Assembly: GCA_963797055.1 (NCBI GenBank) | Contig: CAWCOD010000016.1 | Coordinates: 27,736 to 91,735, forward strand | Length of the DNA stretch: 64,000 bases | Direction: 5' to 3' | DNA from: an uncultured Holophagae bacterium | GTDB lineage: Bacteria; Acidobacteriota; Thermoanaerobaculia; Thermoanaerobaculales; Sulfomarinibacteraceae | Part shown: positions 1 to 8,976 of the stretch, one piece after another | How positions within the stretch are numbered: position 1 is the first letter of the stretch | Layout: every line of letters starts with the position of its first letter | Made by a program: the position numbers and the translations under genes | Notes under the pieces: model-generated | Database searches by the model: none | What the model was told of the DNA's origin: nothing | What the model saw: only the letters and a program-made list of their open reading frames with translations

Positions 1-2
1 CC

Positions 3-92
3 AACACCCCCATCGGCCCCGCCTACCTTGGCTACGGCTGGACCGAGGGGGGCCGGAGCCGGGTCTACTTTGCCATCGGCGATCGGTTCTAG
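3..92 (+). CDS. 3' fragment of a gene truncated by the window edge; probable outer-membrane beta-barrel C-terminus
   Basis: Open frame from the edge to TAG at 90-92. Translation ...LGYGWTEGGRSRVYFAIGDRF* ends in Phe like OMP C-termini. Too short for a family call. Confidence 0.35.
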   Translation, partial: NTPIGPAYLGYGWTEGGRSRVYFAIGDRF

Positions 93-120
93 CCCACCAC
101 AACCCTCCCGGTGCTCTCGG

Positions 121-345
121 GGTCCTGAGGTCCGAGCCCCAAAACCCCATGTCGTTCCCACCGGTGCCAGGGCCGACACTTTCTACACCTTCTCCAGGAA
201 GAACTGTGTTGCCGCTCATTACTGGTTGTCAGAAGTGTCGGTCCTGGCACCACGATGGCACCGCGACGAAGCTGGGAGTCCAAAGTGTCGGCCCTGGCAC
301 CGCGGCGGCAAAGTGTCGGCCCTGGCACCGCGGCGGCACCGCGGC
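121..345. repeat. PH element, left copy (palindromic-hairpin repeat built on GTGCCAGGGCCGACACT)
   Basis: GTGCCAGGGCCGACACT at 164-180 pairs with AAGTGTCGGTCCTGGCAC at 233-250 (about 52-nt loop). Further AAGTGTCGGCCCTGGCAC copies at 283-300 and 311-328. The whole block is the reverse complement of 8688-8935. Confidence 0.85.
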
Positions 346-391
346 GGTCCGGTAGAATGTCCCGCACGGTCAACGCTAAGGAGTATGCCCC

Positions 392-2077
392 ATGAAAGCC
401 ACGGTTCTGGCCAATCGTACGCTCGGTCTGACAATCACGGCTGCGGTCGTCCTGGGAGCCCTCGTCTGGAACGTGCTCCCCGCCGGCGCGCAGACGGCAA
501 GGCGGACCTACACCGACACCCTCGAGGTTCGAGTGCTCAACATCGAAGTCGTGGTCTCTGACCGCGACGGACAACGCGTGCCCGGTTTGACCAACGAGGA
601 CTTCACCCTCTATGTGGACGACCAACCGGTTCCCATCGAGTATTTCACCGAGGTTCGGAAAGGCGCCTACGTGGAAACAGTGGACCGCTACGCCGATTCC
701 GGCGTGGTGGCCGGCAAACCGTCGGGCACCAGCTTCCTGGTCTTCATCGATGAGTTCTTTCCCATCGGGCGGGACAAAAAACAGGTTCTGACAGCGCTCA
801 AGGAACGGGTCCAGTCAGTCTCCGATTGGGCGCCGCAGGACCGGGTTGCCATCGTGTCGTGGGACGGAAAGGGCATCAATGTGCTCACCGACTGGACCAA
901 CGACCGCAACACGGTGCTCGCCGCCCTCGACCGGGCCATCGCCCGCCCCGGTCAGGGGCTGAACCGGCAGCAGGAGCGCAGTCAATACGGGGTGACCCTC
1001 GACCCCTCCAACCTCGCCGCATCGGCCGTCGGCGGTGGCGACCGCTACCGCCTGGGAACCCAGGAGCGGATCTACGCCGACATGCTGGTTGGTCAGCTCG
1101 AAGGAACAGTTGGCGCAGCGGCCGCAGCCATGCGAGGGCTGGACGTGATCCCTGGCCGCAAGACCGTGCTGTTACTCTCCGGAGGCTGGCCCATGGACGT
1201 GGGCGACTGGGTTGGGCGAAGCGCCACGCGATCGATCCAAGAGGGACAGATACCCTCAGGCGCCGATCTTTACGGCCCGCTGGCCGAGACGGCCAATCTA
1301 CTGGGTTACAGCATCTACGGCGTGGACATGCCGGGATTCATGCAGTCGGGTGGATCGGATGCCGCACTGGCGACCGGCCGCGGAGCCGCCTACGGCAGTA
1401 CCGAGTTCTTTCTCGAGGACGATCTGCACAGCTCCCTGCGTTTCCTGTCTGCCGAAACCGGCGGATTACCACTCATCAACGACCACCGGATCAGTGCTCT
1501 GGGAGAGGTCCGGAAGGACGTGGAGTCCTTCTACTGGCTCGGCTTCACCCCGAGCTGGATCCGGGATGACGTGCGCCACACCCTTCGCGTCGAGGTGAAC
1601 CGTCCGGACATCTTTGTCCGCACCCGTTCGGGCTACCTCGATTTGGCGCCCCAGACTCAGGTGGCCATGGCGGTGGAGAGTTCACTGCTTTTCGGGATGG
1701 GACGGCCGTCATCCGAACTTCAGATGAAGGTGGGGACGGTGGAGCCGGTCGGGAGGGGGCTCGTCCACGTCGACATCGAGATGTCCTTGCCAATCAGCGC
1801 CTTGACCGTCCAGCAGTCCAAATCCGGCTACGACGCCGAGGCCACGCTCTTCGTCGCCGCCCTGGACGCGGCCGGCGGGCGGAGCGAGGTTCCCGCGATC
1901 CCCCTGCTGCTGTCCAGCCCCACACCGTTCCCGCCCAAAGGCCTCGTCGCCCACACCGTGACGCTCAAACTGCGCAAGAACACCGAGCGCGTGTCAATGG
2001 CGTTGTATGACGTGTACGGCGGGAAGACCTACACCAACACCATCACAAAGGACGAGGAGCAGACGAAGGCAAAGTAA
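392..2077 (+). CDS. VWA domain-containing protein (Acidobacteria-type, TIGR03436-like)
   Basis: 561-aa ORF with AAGGAG RBS at 378-383 and an N-terminal signal/TM. The motif LEVRVLNIEVVVSDRDGQRVPGLTNEDFTLYVDDQPVPIEYF is typical of this family, followed by a VWA-like core (FLVFIDEF...). Confidence 0.75.
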   Translation: MKATVLANRTLGLTITAAVVLGALVWNVLPAGAQTARRTYTDTLEVRVLNIEVVVSDRDGQRVPGLTNEDFTLYVDDQPVPIEYFTEVRKGAYVETVDRYADSGVVAGKPSGTSFLVFIDEFFPIGRDKKQVLTALKERVQSVSDWAPQDRVAIVSWDGKGINVLTDWTNDRNTVLAALDRAIARPGQGLNRQQERSQYGVTLDPSNLAASAVGGGDRYRLGTQERIYADMLVGQLEGTVGAAAAAMRGLDVIPGRKTVLLLSGGWPMDVGDWVGRSATRSIQEGQIPSGADLYGPLAETANLLGYSIYGVDMPGFMQSGGSDAALATGRGAAYGSTEFFLEDDLHSSLRFLSAETGGLPLINDHRISALGEVRKDVESFYWLGFTPSWIRDDVRHTLRVEVNRPDIFVRTRSGYLDLAPQTQVAMAVESSLLFGMGRPSSELQMKVGTVEPVGRGLVHVDIEMSLPISALTVQQSKSGYDAEATLFVAALDAAGGRSEVPAIPLLLSSPTPFPPKGLVAHTVTLKLRKNTERVSMALYDVYGGKTYTNTITKDEEQTKAK

Positions 2078-2090
2078 GGCAGCTAGTATC

Positions 2091-2548
2091 TTGAATTCTC
2101 AGTTTTGAATTTTGAATTCTGAATTCCCCGCCCGCCATTCGAATTTCGAAATTGCAAGCAATCCGGGTGGGCGCGATGAATCAGTGAATCGAGGAACGCC
2201 CGGGGATCCCTCGAGCGGTTCGTCGACCGTCAGGGCCGCACAACGTCTTATACCGGGCAACTGCCGGGAAGCGCCATGGGGAGAATCGGCGCTTTGAACC
2301 CACGAAACCGCGCCGGACATCGTGAGAAGCCACTCGCTGCGCTCGCTCAGGATGACAGCGGCTGCGATTCGGGCGGGCGGGGGAGAATTTAAAATTGAGA
2401 CCTCCACCGGCCCACCCGTTCTCTCGGGGGGAGGGGGTGGCAATCTGCAATCTGTAATCTGCAATCTGCAATCTGTAATCTGTAATCTGCAATTCGTAAT
2501 AGAGGGTTGGGTGGGAATTCAAAATTGAGAATTCAGAATGAAGAATTC
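2091..2548. repeat. Intergenic mosaic of GB-STR modules plus a half GTCATCCTGAGC-family element
   Basis: AT-rich GAATTC-type array 2091-2127 and C-box 2126-2136. G-boxes at 2165-2172, 2371-2383, 2425-2440 and 2504-2515. Nine heptamers (TGCAATC/TGTAATC) at 2438-2500 and a GAATTC-type array at 2516-2548. CGCTCGCTCAGGATGACA lies at about 2338-2357. Confidence 0.85.
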
Positions 2549-2559
2549 ACCCGGCATCT

Positions 2560-3123
2560 TCAGTCAACAGGAACCGGCCGCATCTCCTGCCACTTCGCCA
2601 CCATGAGCTCGAGGGCGGCCTGGATCTCCTGCTCCGCGTCGTCCGGGTCCTCGGGTACGAGGCCGACCACCGTGCCGCGCCACACCACCATCCCGGTGGC
2701 CATGTCCCAGATGTCGATGATCAAGGTGCCTCGGGGATAGGTCCTGACCTTCTGGCTGTAATCTCCGGCGTCGGCTCCCCAGGCCGGGTCCCACTGCCAT
2801 TCAGGCCCATAGTCATAACCGTAGCTCGCCGCGTCGAGCCGGACCAGTCCCGTGACTCTGGTGTGGTAGGTGACCAACAATTCTGGATTCATGTCGTCCT
2901 GAACAAGACCGCTTTTCACGAGGTGGTACTCGATGGCGTTCTTGACCTGCGAGTGGAGCAGGGGGTGGTCCTCCTCGAGCGAGGTCTCCGGCGTCGGCAC
3001 CCAATCAAAGGTCGAGTAGCTGCCCGGGGCCACCGCGCGGTCGTAGTCGATGTAGACGATCTGAGCACCGACCACCGGCGTCAGCGACACCATAACGAAC
3101 AGCAATGTCAGTACCTTCACCAT
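2560..3123 (-). CDS. DUF4136-like secreted/lipoprotein (paralog 1 of 3)
   Basis: ATG at 3123 preceded by GGGAGG. Signal peptide MVKVLTLLFVMVSLTPVVGAQ. Shares YDRxxxFxxYxTFxW, HxxxKNAIEYxL and GTLxIDIWD motifs with 11637-12209 and 35705-36256. Confidence 0.75.
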   Translation of the reverse strand: MVKVLTLLFVMVSLTPVVGAQIVYIDYDRAVAPGSYSTFDWVPTPETSLEEDHPLLHSQVKNAIEYHLVKSGLVQDDMNPELLVTYHTRVTGLVRLDAASYGYDYGPEWQWDPAWGADAGDYSQKVRTYPRGTLIIDIWDMATGMVVWRGTVVGLVPEDPDDAEQEIQAALELMVAKWQEMRPVPVD

Positions 3124-3192
3124 GCAACACCTCCCTGCGGCCTGCCCTTTCGCGATCTTCCTGCAAGGGTAGCACCCCTGCGGATTGAACCT

Positions 3193-3262
3193 CTGTGGTG
3201 CGGCCGTCTCGGCTGCACTCATGGCCTTTATTTAGAGCACGGATGCAGGCCAGAGGCCCGCT
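3193..3262. repeat. TJ element (double-hairpin repeat), slightly degenerate copy
   Basis: CTGTGGTGCGGCCGTCTCGGCTGCA, about 26 nt of spacer, then TGCAGGCCAGAGGCCCGCT. Confidence 0.7.
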
Positions 3263-3356
3263 CGATAAATCCTGTTCATCCCAAGCGAGCGAAATGGCCG
3301 CGAGTCGAGGGATCCCCCGGGCTCTCCGGAGGGACGCTCAGCCCACTCACGGCTCT

Positions 3357-3415
3357 CCGGATGGGTGGGGGTCTTTGTTCTTTGTTCTTTGTTTTTCGTT
3401 CTTTGGTCTTTGATC
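3357..3415. repeat. GB-STR module (G-box + CTTTGTT/TTCTTYG array)
   Basis: GGATGGGTGGGGG followed by tctttgttctttgttctttgtttttcgttctttggtctttgatcg. Confidence 0.8.
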
Positions 3416-3418
3416 GAG

Positions 3419-4599
3419 CTACGCTCCCAACGCCCTCAACAACACACCGCCGAAACGGCTGACCACCGCGGTGAGCACAGCGGCAATGGCCACGCTGGTC
3501 ACCACCACGATCAGCACTTCGCTGGCCAAAACCGCCCGCACCCTACGGCGCGGCGCACCGATCTTGCGCATGGTCTCGATCTCGCGACGACGCAGCCGCA
3601 CCGAGAGCGCGAAGACCAGCGCCGCGGTGGCGATGGTCGCCAACCCAAGGCCCAAGCTCACAGCGAACATGGCGTTTCGGACCGAGAACATGGTTTCCAC
3701 CAGATCGTCCACAACCACCCGAGGCACCACCATCTGCACTGACTGATCGGGCTCCTGGTAACGGCCGCGCAGCACCACGCCCGACTTGCGATCCACGGGA
3801 ACGGCGAGCACCGCATCCACCGGGAAACCCTCGGGGTCGCCGTGGAAGTGGAAGGAATCGATGTTGTCGGGCGTGATCTCGGTGTAGGACAGCACCGAGG
3901 CATTAGCCACCACGTTGTCCTCGGTGCGGGACAGCACCCCGCTGGCCGCCTCCGGAGCCCTCACGTCCTGGTGGCCATGGGCCAGACCGGCGATCACCCA
4001 CGCGGTCTTGAGGTCGACAAAGACGGCTTCGTCGTCGGGGGTGCCCGTGGGAGCCAGCACCCCAACCACCGGCATCTTGAGCGGGAAGCTGCCGGCCACG
4101 TCGAAGGCGCTGGTGGGCGTCGACAACACGTGATCGCCCGCTCCCACCCGCAGGGCCCGAGCCGCGTTGTGACCCACAATGCACTCGCCGAGCATGGCGA
4201 AACGGCGTCCGGAGGCCACCTCGAGCCCTCGAAAATCGAGGTAGTCGAGGGTGGTGCCGACGATGCGGTGACCCCGGACTTCGTACCTCAAATGGAGCGG
4301 TATCGCTCCGGCGAGACCCGAATCCGCAACCATCTCGGACTCGGCGAACGTCGTTGGATCCAGCGACGGCTCACGGAAGTACAGCGCGCCTAGGGTCAGG
4401 TCCACCGCGCTGCCACGGGCTCCCGAGAAGCAGCGGTGTCTGCGTCGGCGCGGGCCGTGAGTGCCTGCGCCGCCTCCCGCACCACCACCTGCAGGGCGGC
4501 GGGAAGGAAGAGAATCAGACTGATGGAACCGATCAACACCGCGGTCTTGCCCCGGTTGAACCGCAGATACCGCCACGCCAAATACAGCACATCACTCAT
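3419..4599 (-). pseudogene. ABC transporter permease, FtsX/MacB-like, reading frame disrupted near the 5' end
   Basis: The N-terminus (4396-4599, MSDVLYLAWRYLRFNRGKTAVLIGSISLILFLP...) is in one frame. The remainder (3419 to about 4420, GARGSAVDLTLGALYF ... C-terminal FtsX TM bundle) is in another. The intermediate frame reads TPLLLG. Span is 1181 nt (mod 3 = 2). Start overlaps the ATPase stop (ATGA). Confidence 0.7.
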
Positions 4600-5382
4600 G
4601 GAGCGCTCTCGTTGTCACTCGATTCTCGAGGCTCGTTTCTGGTTTGCGAATGCGTGCCGGTTTCAGACCGCTCACGATTCAGAAGCGAGCCTCGAGAATC
4701 GAGAAGAGAGGACGGCTGACCGAAGCCTCCCACGTCAACGACCCGGTCGAAGCGGGGGAGAATCTCGTGGTCGTGGGTGACCACCACCACCGGCGCGCCT
4801 TTTTCGCGGCCGTACCGCAGTAACGCATCGATGACGTGGTCCCTGTTGTCGGGGTCCAGGTTTCCGGTGGGTTCGTCGCCGAGCACCACCGCCGGTTGCG
4901 TAACCAACGCCCGGCACAACCCCACCCGTTGCCGTTCGCCCTGGGACAGATGACCCGGAAAACGGGCCACCTTGTCACCGAGACCCATATCCGTCGCCAG
5001 AGAGATGGCCCGCTCGCGCGTCGCATCGTCCATTTCGAGCACCGGCGTGAGCCGATACGGCAGGAGGATGTTGTCGAGCACGTCGAGGTACTCGAGCAGC
5101 TCGAACTCCTGGAAGACCAGTCCGACCTTCAGGGCCCGCAGATCCTGGCGGTCCTCGGCCCCCAGCGACGCCACGTCGAGACCGGCCACCTCGATGCGAC
5201 CGGTGCGGGGTTCCAGGATCCCGGCCAGCAGGTGGATCAGGGTGGTCTTGCCGCAGCCGCTCGGGCCGGTCAGCGCCAGGCTCTCACCCGGCTCGACCCT
5301 GAGCTCGGGGACCGACCAGTTCGAAACCACCTGATGGGTAGCCGAACTCGAGCCCTTCGACCCGGATCAGATCGGCTTCCAC
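4596..5382 (-). pseudogene. ABC transporter ATP-binding protein with an apparent +1 frameshift near the 5' end
   Basis: Walker A GPSGCGKT, signature LSQGERQR and Walker B VVLGDEP lie in 4596-5330. The expected N-terminal strand VEADLIRVEGLEFGYPSGGFELVG is encoded at 5311-5382 in another frame. The junction is a CCCC run (plus-strand GGGG 5307-5310). Span is 787 nt (mod 3 = 1). Confidence 0.75.
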
Positions 5383-7529
5383 GGCACCACCACCCGATCC
5401 TCGCTCTCGAGCTCGACTCCGGAGATCTTCCAGCGATCACCTTCAGGCCGCAAAGTGAGCATCCCGTTGTATGTGTTCTGCCGATGGTGGACGTGCTGCA
5501 GGTGGCGCACCCTGGCGACGACCATCCACCGGACGTCGTAGGCGAAGTCCTGCCCGGCCACAGCCACATCGAGCGGCTCGCCGATCTCGAGCACTCGGAC
5601 ATCACGCACGGTCACCTCAGCTCCCTCCCGCGTGCCCGCCGTCAGCCTTCGTCGACTGTCGAGATAGAGATCGTCCACGAGCTCTCCGGTGACGTTCCGC
5701 TCCAGAGTGTCGTAGAGCTCGTCCTCATCGGACAGATTGAAGGCGTGGTAGGTCTCGGACAGCACATTGGTCACCACCCGGCGGGCGCTCTCGCCCTCAG
5801 GGGCCCGAGGTTCGAAGAACGGATTGCTGACGACCACCGTGCCGAAGGGTAACAGGAGGAAGGCTGCGCCGAGCAGCAGCCAGTGCGTGACCAGTCGCCT
5901 CTGCTCCACCCCCAGCTGCTTCAGGACGCGCCCCCGCCGTGGCCAGAGAAGCACCGCAGCCACGACCAGCAGCATCGACAGCACCGGGATTCGGAGCAAC
6001 CCGAGCGCCGCCTCGGTGACCACCCGGTTGTCGAACCAAAGGCGGTAGTCGGCCAACCGCCACAGCACCGCCACCCCGCCGACCGCAACGCCCAACACAC
6101 GAATCCACCCGGTCATGGGCGTGATCGGGGAAATCCGTGACACCGACAGGCTCGCGTAGAGGAGGGACGTCGCCGTCAGCACCGCGCCGACCGCAACGCC
6201 AGTGGATTTGGACACATTCTCCACGAGCTCGAGCCCGGTGGACCACCCGTGGGCCACGACCGCGACCGGTACCACGACGAGCACCCACCGGGACGGGAGA
6301 GGCCGGCCAACGGCCAACGCCGCACCGAGCAGAAGCAATGTGCCGATCACGATCACTCCACCCAGGGGGATCGGGTTTCCAAAAAGACCCGGCACCAGTC
6401 CCGACAATGCCAGCATGCCGAATCCGGCCACGACCCATCGCCCGGCCTTGCCGGCCAAAAACAGGGTCGGCCCCAACACCAACGCCAAGAGCGCCAGCTC
6501 CACCGGCGACCTCTGCAGTCCGCCCATCAGCTGGCCAAGAGAAACAAACCGGGCCAGCACCATCCCGGTTGCCAGTCCACCGATCACGTATCCCATCGCC
6601 GTATCGGCCCGCGGCAGCCACCTGCCACCGGCCGCGAGGGTCAACACCGTCCGCAACTCCATCGCCACCAGCGAAATGACGACCAGACCGACGCCCACTC
6701 CCACACCGAAGGACACCAGCGCCACAAGCTGCTCGGCACTGGAGAGGCCGTCCGGCGGCAGAGCTTCGGGCCTTGCCCCTCCGTAGAGCAGGCCCAGGAG
6801 CAACGTGGCGGGCCACAGTGGCTGGAGCCAGCCACGCCAGCGCTCACCTCCCCCGGCCAGGGCCACCGCCGGGACCGCGGCGGAGATCAGAGTGAAGCTG
6901 TCGCGTACCAATGGATGCACCAGCAACCATCCGTTGCCGCCAAGCCACTGTGCCACCCCATGGGCCACGGCGAAGACAGCGGCACCGGTGAAAATATTCC
7001 GCCAACGGGCGCCACCGGCTACGACGACGAGGAGAAGCAACCAAAGCGGGAACTGGCGCAGGGTTCGGCGCATGGCCTCGACCGCTGCGTGTCCTCCCAA
7101 GGACGGCAGCGACGGCGGCAGCGGCACCAGAAAGCCGGGCCGCGATGGGCGCAAAATTCCCGTATATTCGCGCCCATCGAGGGTGGTGAGGGTGAAGGCC
7201 AGGTCAGTCTGAGTTCCCAGAAGACCCTCGATCAACACCGCCTCACCGGCCAACGACGGCGGGTCGCAAACGACCGTCCAGGCGGTGGTGTGGCCTACCG
7301 ACGAAACGCTGATGTCACGCTCGGTGATGTCGCTGCAAGTGGGTGGCAGCAGCGGCTCGGCGCGCAACTTGCGCCCCTCGACGATAGGAAGGGTGAAGAT
7401 CACCTCGTAGGTTCCCGGCTCGGTCTCCTCGAGGGTGAGTCGGGCCGGGAACGCAACGTCCGCGTTCACGGTTCCCGCGGCGGCCCAAAGCACCACCAAC
7501 GCCAGGATGACAGGCTTGAGCCTGGTCAT
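5367..7529 (-). CDS. Large polytopic membrane protein; N-terminal region HupE/UreJ-like (family-2 type), C-terminal soluble domain
   Basis: 720-aa ORF with a signal peptide. ARLTLEETEPGTYEVIFTLP...PPTC resembles the HupE_UreJ_2 N-terminal signature (from memory only). More than 10 predicted TM helices and a hydrophilic ~150-aa C-terminus. Overlaps the PPIase stop by 4 nt. Confidence 0.45.
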   Translation of the reverse strand: MTRLKPVILALVVLWAAAGTVNADVAFPARLTLEETEPGTYEVIFTLPIVEGRKLRAEPLLPPTCSDITERDISVSSVGHTTAWTVVCDPPSLAGEAVLIEGLLGTQTDLAFTLTTLDGREYTGILRPSRPGFLVPLPPSLPSLGGHAAVEAMRRTLRQFPLWLLLLVVVAGGARWRNIFTGAAVFAVAHGVAQWLGGNGWLLVHPLVRDSFTLISAAVPAVALAGGGERWRGWLQPLWPATLLLGLLYGGARPEALPPDGLSSAEQLVALVSFGVGVGVGLVVISLVAMELRTVLTLAAGGRWLPRADTAMGYVIGGLATGMVLARFVSLGQLMGGLQRSPVELALLALVLGPTLFLAGKAGRWVVAGFGMLALSGLVPGLFGNPIPLGGVIVIGTLLLLGAALAVGRPLPSRWVLVVVPVAVVAHGWSTGLELVENVSKSTGVAVGAVLTATSLLYASLSVSRISPITPMTGWIRVLGVAVGGVAVLWRLADYRLWFDNRVVTEAALGLLRIPVLSMLLVVAAVLLWPRRGRVLKQLGVEQRRLVTHWLLLGAAFLLLPFGTVVVSNPFFEPRAPEGESARRVVTNVLSETYHAFNLSDEDELYDTLERNVTGELVDDLYLDSRRRLTAGTREGAEVTVRDVRVLEIGEPLDVAVAGQDFAYDVRWMVVARVRHLQHVHHRQNTYNGMLTLRPEGDRWKISGVELESEDRVVVPWKPI

Positions 7530-8398
7530 TCGGCGGCCGCCTCCAGCACCTCTCTCACCGGCCGATCGAGCATGATCTGGTAGGTCTGTGCGATTTCCTG
7601 ATAAAGCTGTTCCTTGGACGCAGATCGGGCCTCATATTCCATGTCCCCGATGACCCGGGCGCCAACCTCCCGCGGGTCGGGGATCCGGGAGTCCTGCCGT
7701 TTGATCACCTTGACCAGGTGCAGACCAAAGCCGGAGACCACGGGCCCTTCCCACTCGCCAAGCTCCTGGGCCACCACGGAGACCGCGAAGTCCTCACCAA
7801 AGGTCGAGCGGATTTCCGGCTCGGTCTGTCCCGAGACCACCATCGGCAACATGATGGAATCACCCCACGAGCCGAGATCCTCCAAATCCGGATCCTCGAG
7901 ACGGAGCCGCGTCAACATCTCCACGGCATCCTGCGATGCGGATGTTCCCCGCTTATCGGGGCTGACATAGACCTGAGCAAAACTGACCACTGCGGGCAGC
8001 CGATACCGCTCCTGCCGCAGCGCGAAGTAGGCCTCCACCTCCTCATCGGTGGGTGGTTCTCTCATGGCCTGGGACGACGCCAGAAACTCCATCTTCTGCT
8101 GCATGGCCCGTCGCACCACCAGATCGTCGCGATCGTAGCCGCGGGCCAGGGCCTCCCGGTAGAGCACCTCCTGGCGGATGAACTTCTCCAGCTCGCCGCG
8201 GAGCTCCACCGCCGTCGGCTCACGCTGCCATGTTCGATAGAACCCGGCCTGCAGCTGCATCAGATCGGCACCGGTCACCACCACGCGCTGCGCCTCGTTG
8301 CCGGTGGGCGGACCCTTGGCGATGAGGATCGCCGCCGCCACGATGAAGCCGAGGATCACGATGTGGGTCGCCGGATGGCGCAAAATGGGTGAATTCAC
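7526..8398 (-). CDS. Peptidyl-prolyl cis-trans isomerase, parvulin/PpiC-type, N-terminally membrane-anchored
   Basis: GTG at 8398 lies 9 nt after GGAGGG. TM segment HIVILGFIVAAAILIA. SurA-N-like helical region, then GEWEGPVVSGFGLHLVKV typical of the parvulin fold. Confidence 0.7.
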   Translation of the reverse strand: MNSPILRHPATHIVILGFIVAAAILIAKGPPTGNEAQRVVVTGADLMQLQAGFYRTWQREPTAVELRGELEKFIRQEVLYREALARGYDRDDLVVRRAMQQKMEFLASSQAMREPPTDEEVEAYFALRQERYRLPAVVSFAQVYVSPDKRGTSASQDAVEMLTRLRLEDPDLEDLGSWGDSIMLPMVVSGQTEPEIRSTFGEDFAVSVVAQELGEWEGPVVSGFGLHLVKVIKRQDSRIPDPREVGARVIGDMEYEARSASKEQLYQEIAQTYQIMLDRPVREVLEAAAE

Positions 8399-8687
8399 GG
8401 TCCACAACCCTCCTGAAAAAAAGATGATAGCCGGGCTTCGCCGTTGCGACACCCTAATGAGACTGCCCATGCTCCTTGGGTGATCGGTTACAACCCACAA
8501 ACACACGACCTACAACCCAGGTCCGGTTGAATGAGAAATGCGAAATGTGCGGCCGCGGTCGGATGCTGCCTGCTGCCTGATGCCTGGCAGGCCAGGTGGG
8601 TAGGCAACGCGGAAATTCGACTTCTGAACCCCCCTTCATTGGGTACAGACGCGGAAGGTGGCGTCCACACTCTCCACTCGTCCCATC

Positions 8688-8935
8688 GCGGTGCCAGGGC
8701 CATCGCGGTGCCAGGGCCGACACTATTGACTCCCAGCTTCGTCGCGGTGCCATCGTGGTGCCAGGGCCGACACTTCTGACAAGCAGTATTGAGCGACAAC
8801 ACAATTATCCCTGGAGAAGGCGAAGAAAGTGTCGGCCCTGGCACCGGGGGTCATATCTCCCCTTAGAAGGTGTCAGAGGTGTCGGTCCTGGCACCGATGG
8901 GAACGATGGAGTTTTAGGGCTCGGACCTCAGGACC
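8688..8935. repeat. PH element, right copy (inverted relative to 121-345)
   Basis: GTGCCAGGGCCGACACT at 8708-8724 and 8758-8775. Reverse copies at 8827-8844 and 8877-8894. The reverse complement aligns with 121-345 at roughly 85-90% by eye, with one extra hairpin unit. Confidence 0.85.
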
Positions 8936-8976
8936 ACCAAGCGGGTGGCGGATCTAGAATCTCGTATCTCGACGGA

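Noticed and set aside
283-330. TGGCAC inside the PH repeats (CCCTGGCACCGCGGCGGCA) as a sigma-54 -24 element.
   Set aside because: The position 10 nt downstream of the GG lacks the -12 TTGC/GC element (it reads CGGC with the wrong context). The motif is part of a palindromic stem and occurs on both strands.
28-625. ORFs 28-561 (+), 89-625 (-) and 149-355 (+) at the left edge.
   Set aside because: They run through the PH repeat (CRPWHRG/VPGPTL peptides are hairpin translations). They overlap the well-supported VWA gene start and its RBS.
2438-2500. Possible CRISPR arrays, considering the regular short repeats here and at 20248-20346 and 59383-59455.
   Set aside because: Units are 7 nt and directly abutting with no spacers. 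No 25-40-nt repeat with unique spacers, and no cas genes in the window.
121-8935. The inverted PH pair plus the enclosed genes as a composite transposon or integrated mobile element.
   Set aside because: No transposase, integrase or recombinase. No visible target-site duplication. The enclosed genes have host-like GC and housekeeping-type envelope functions.
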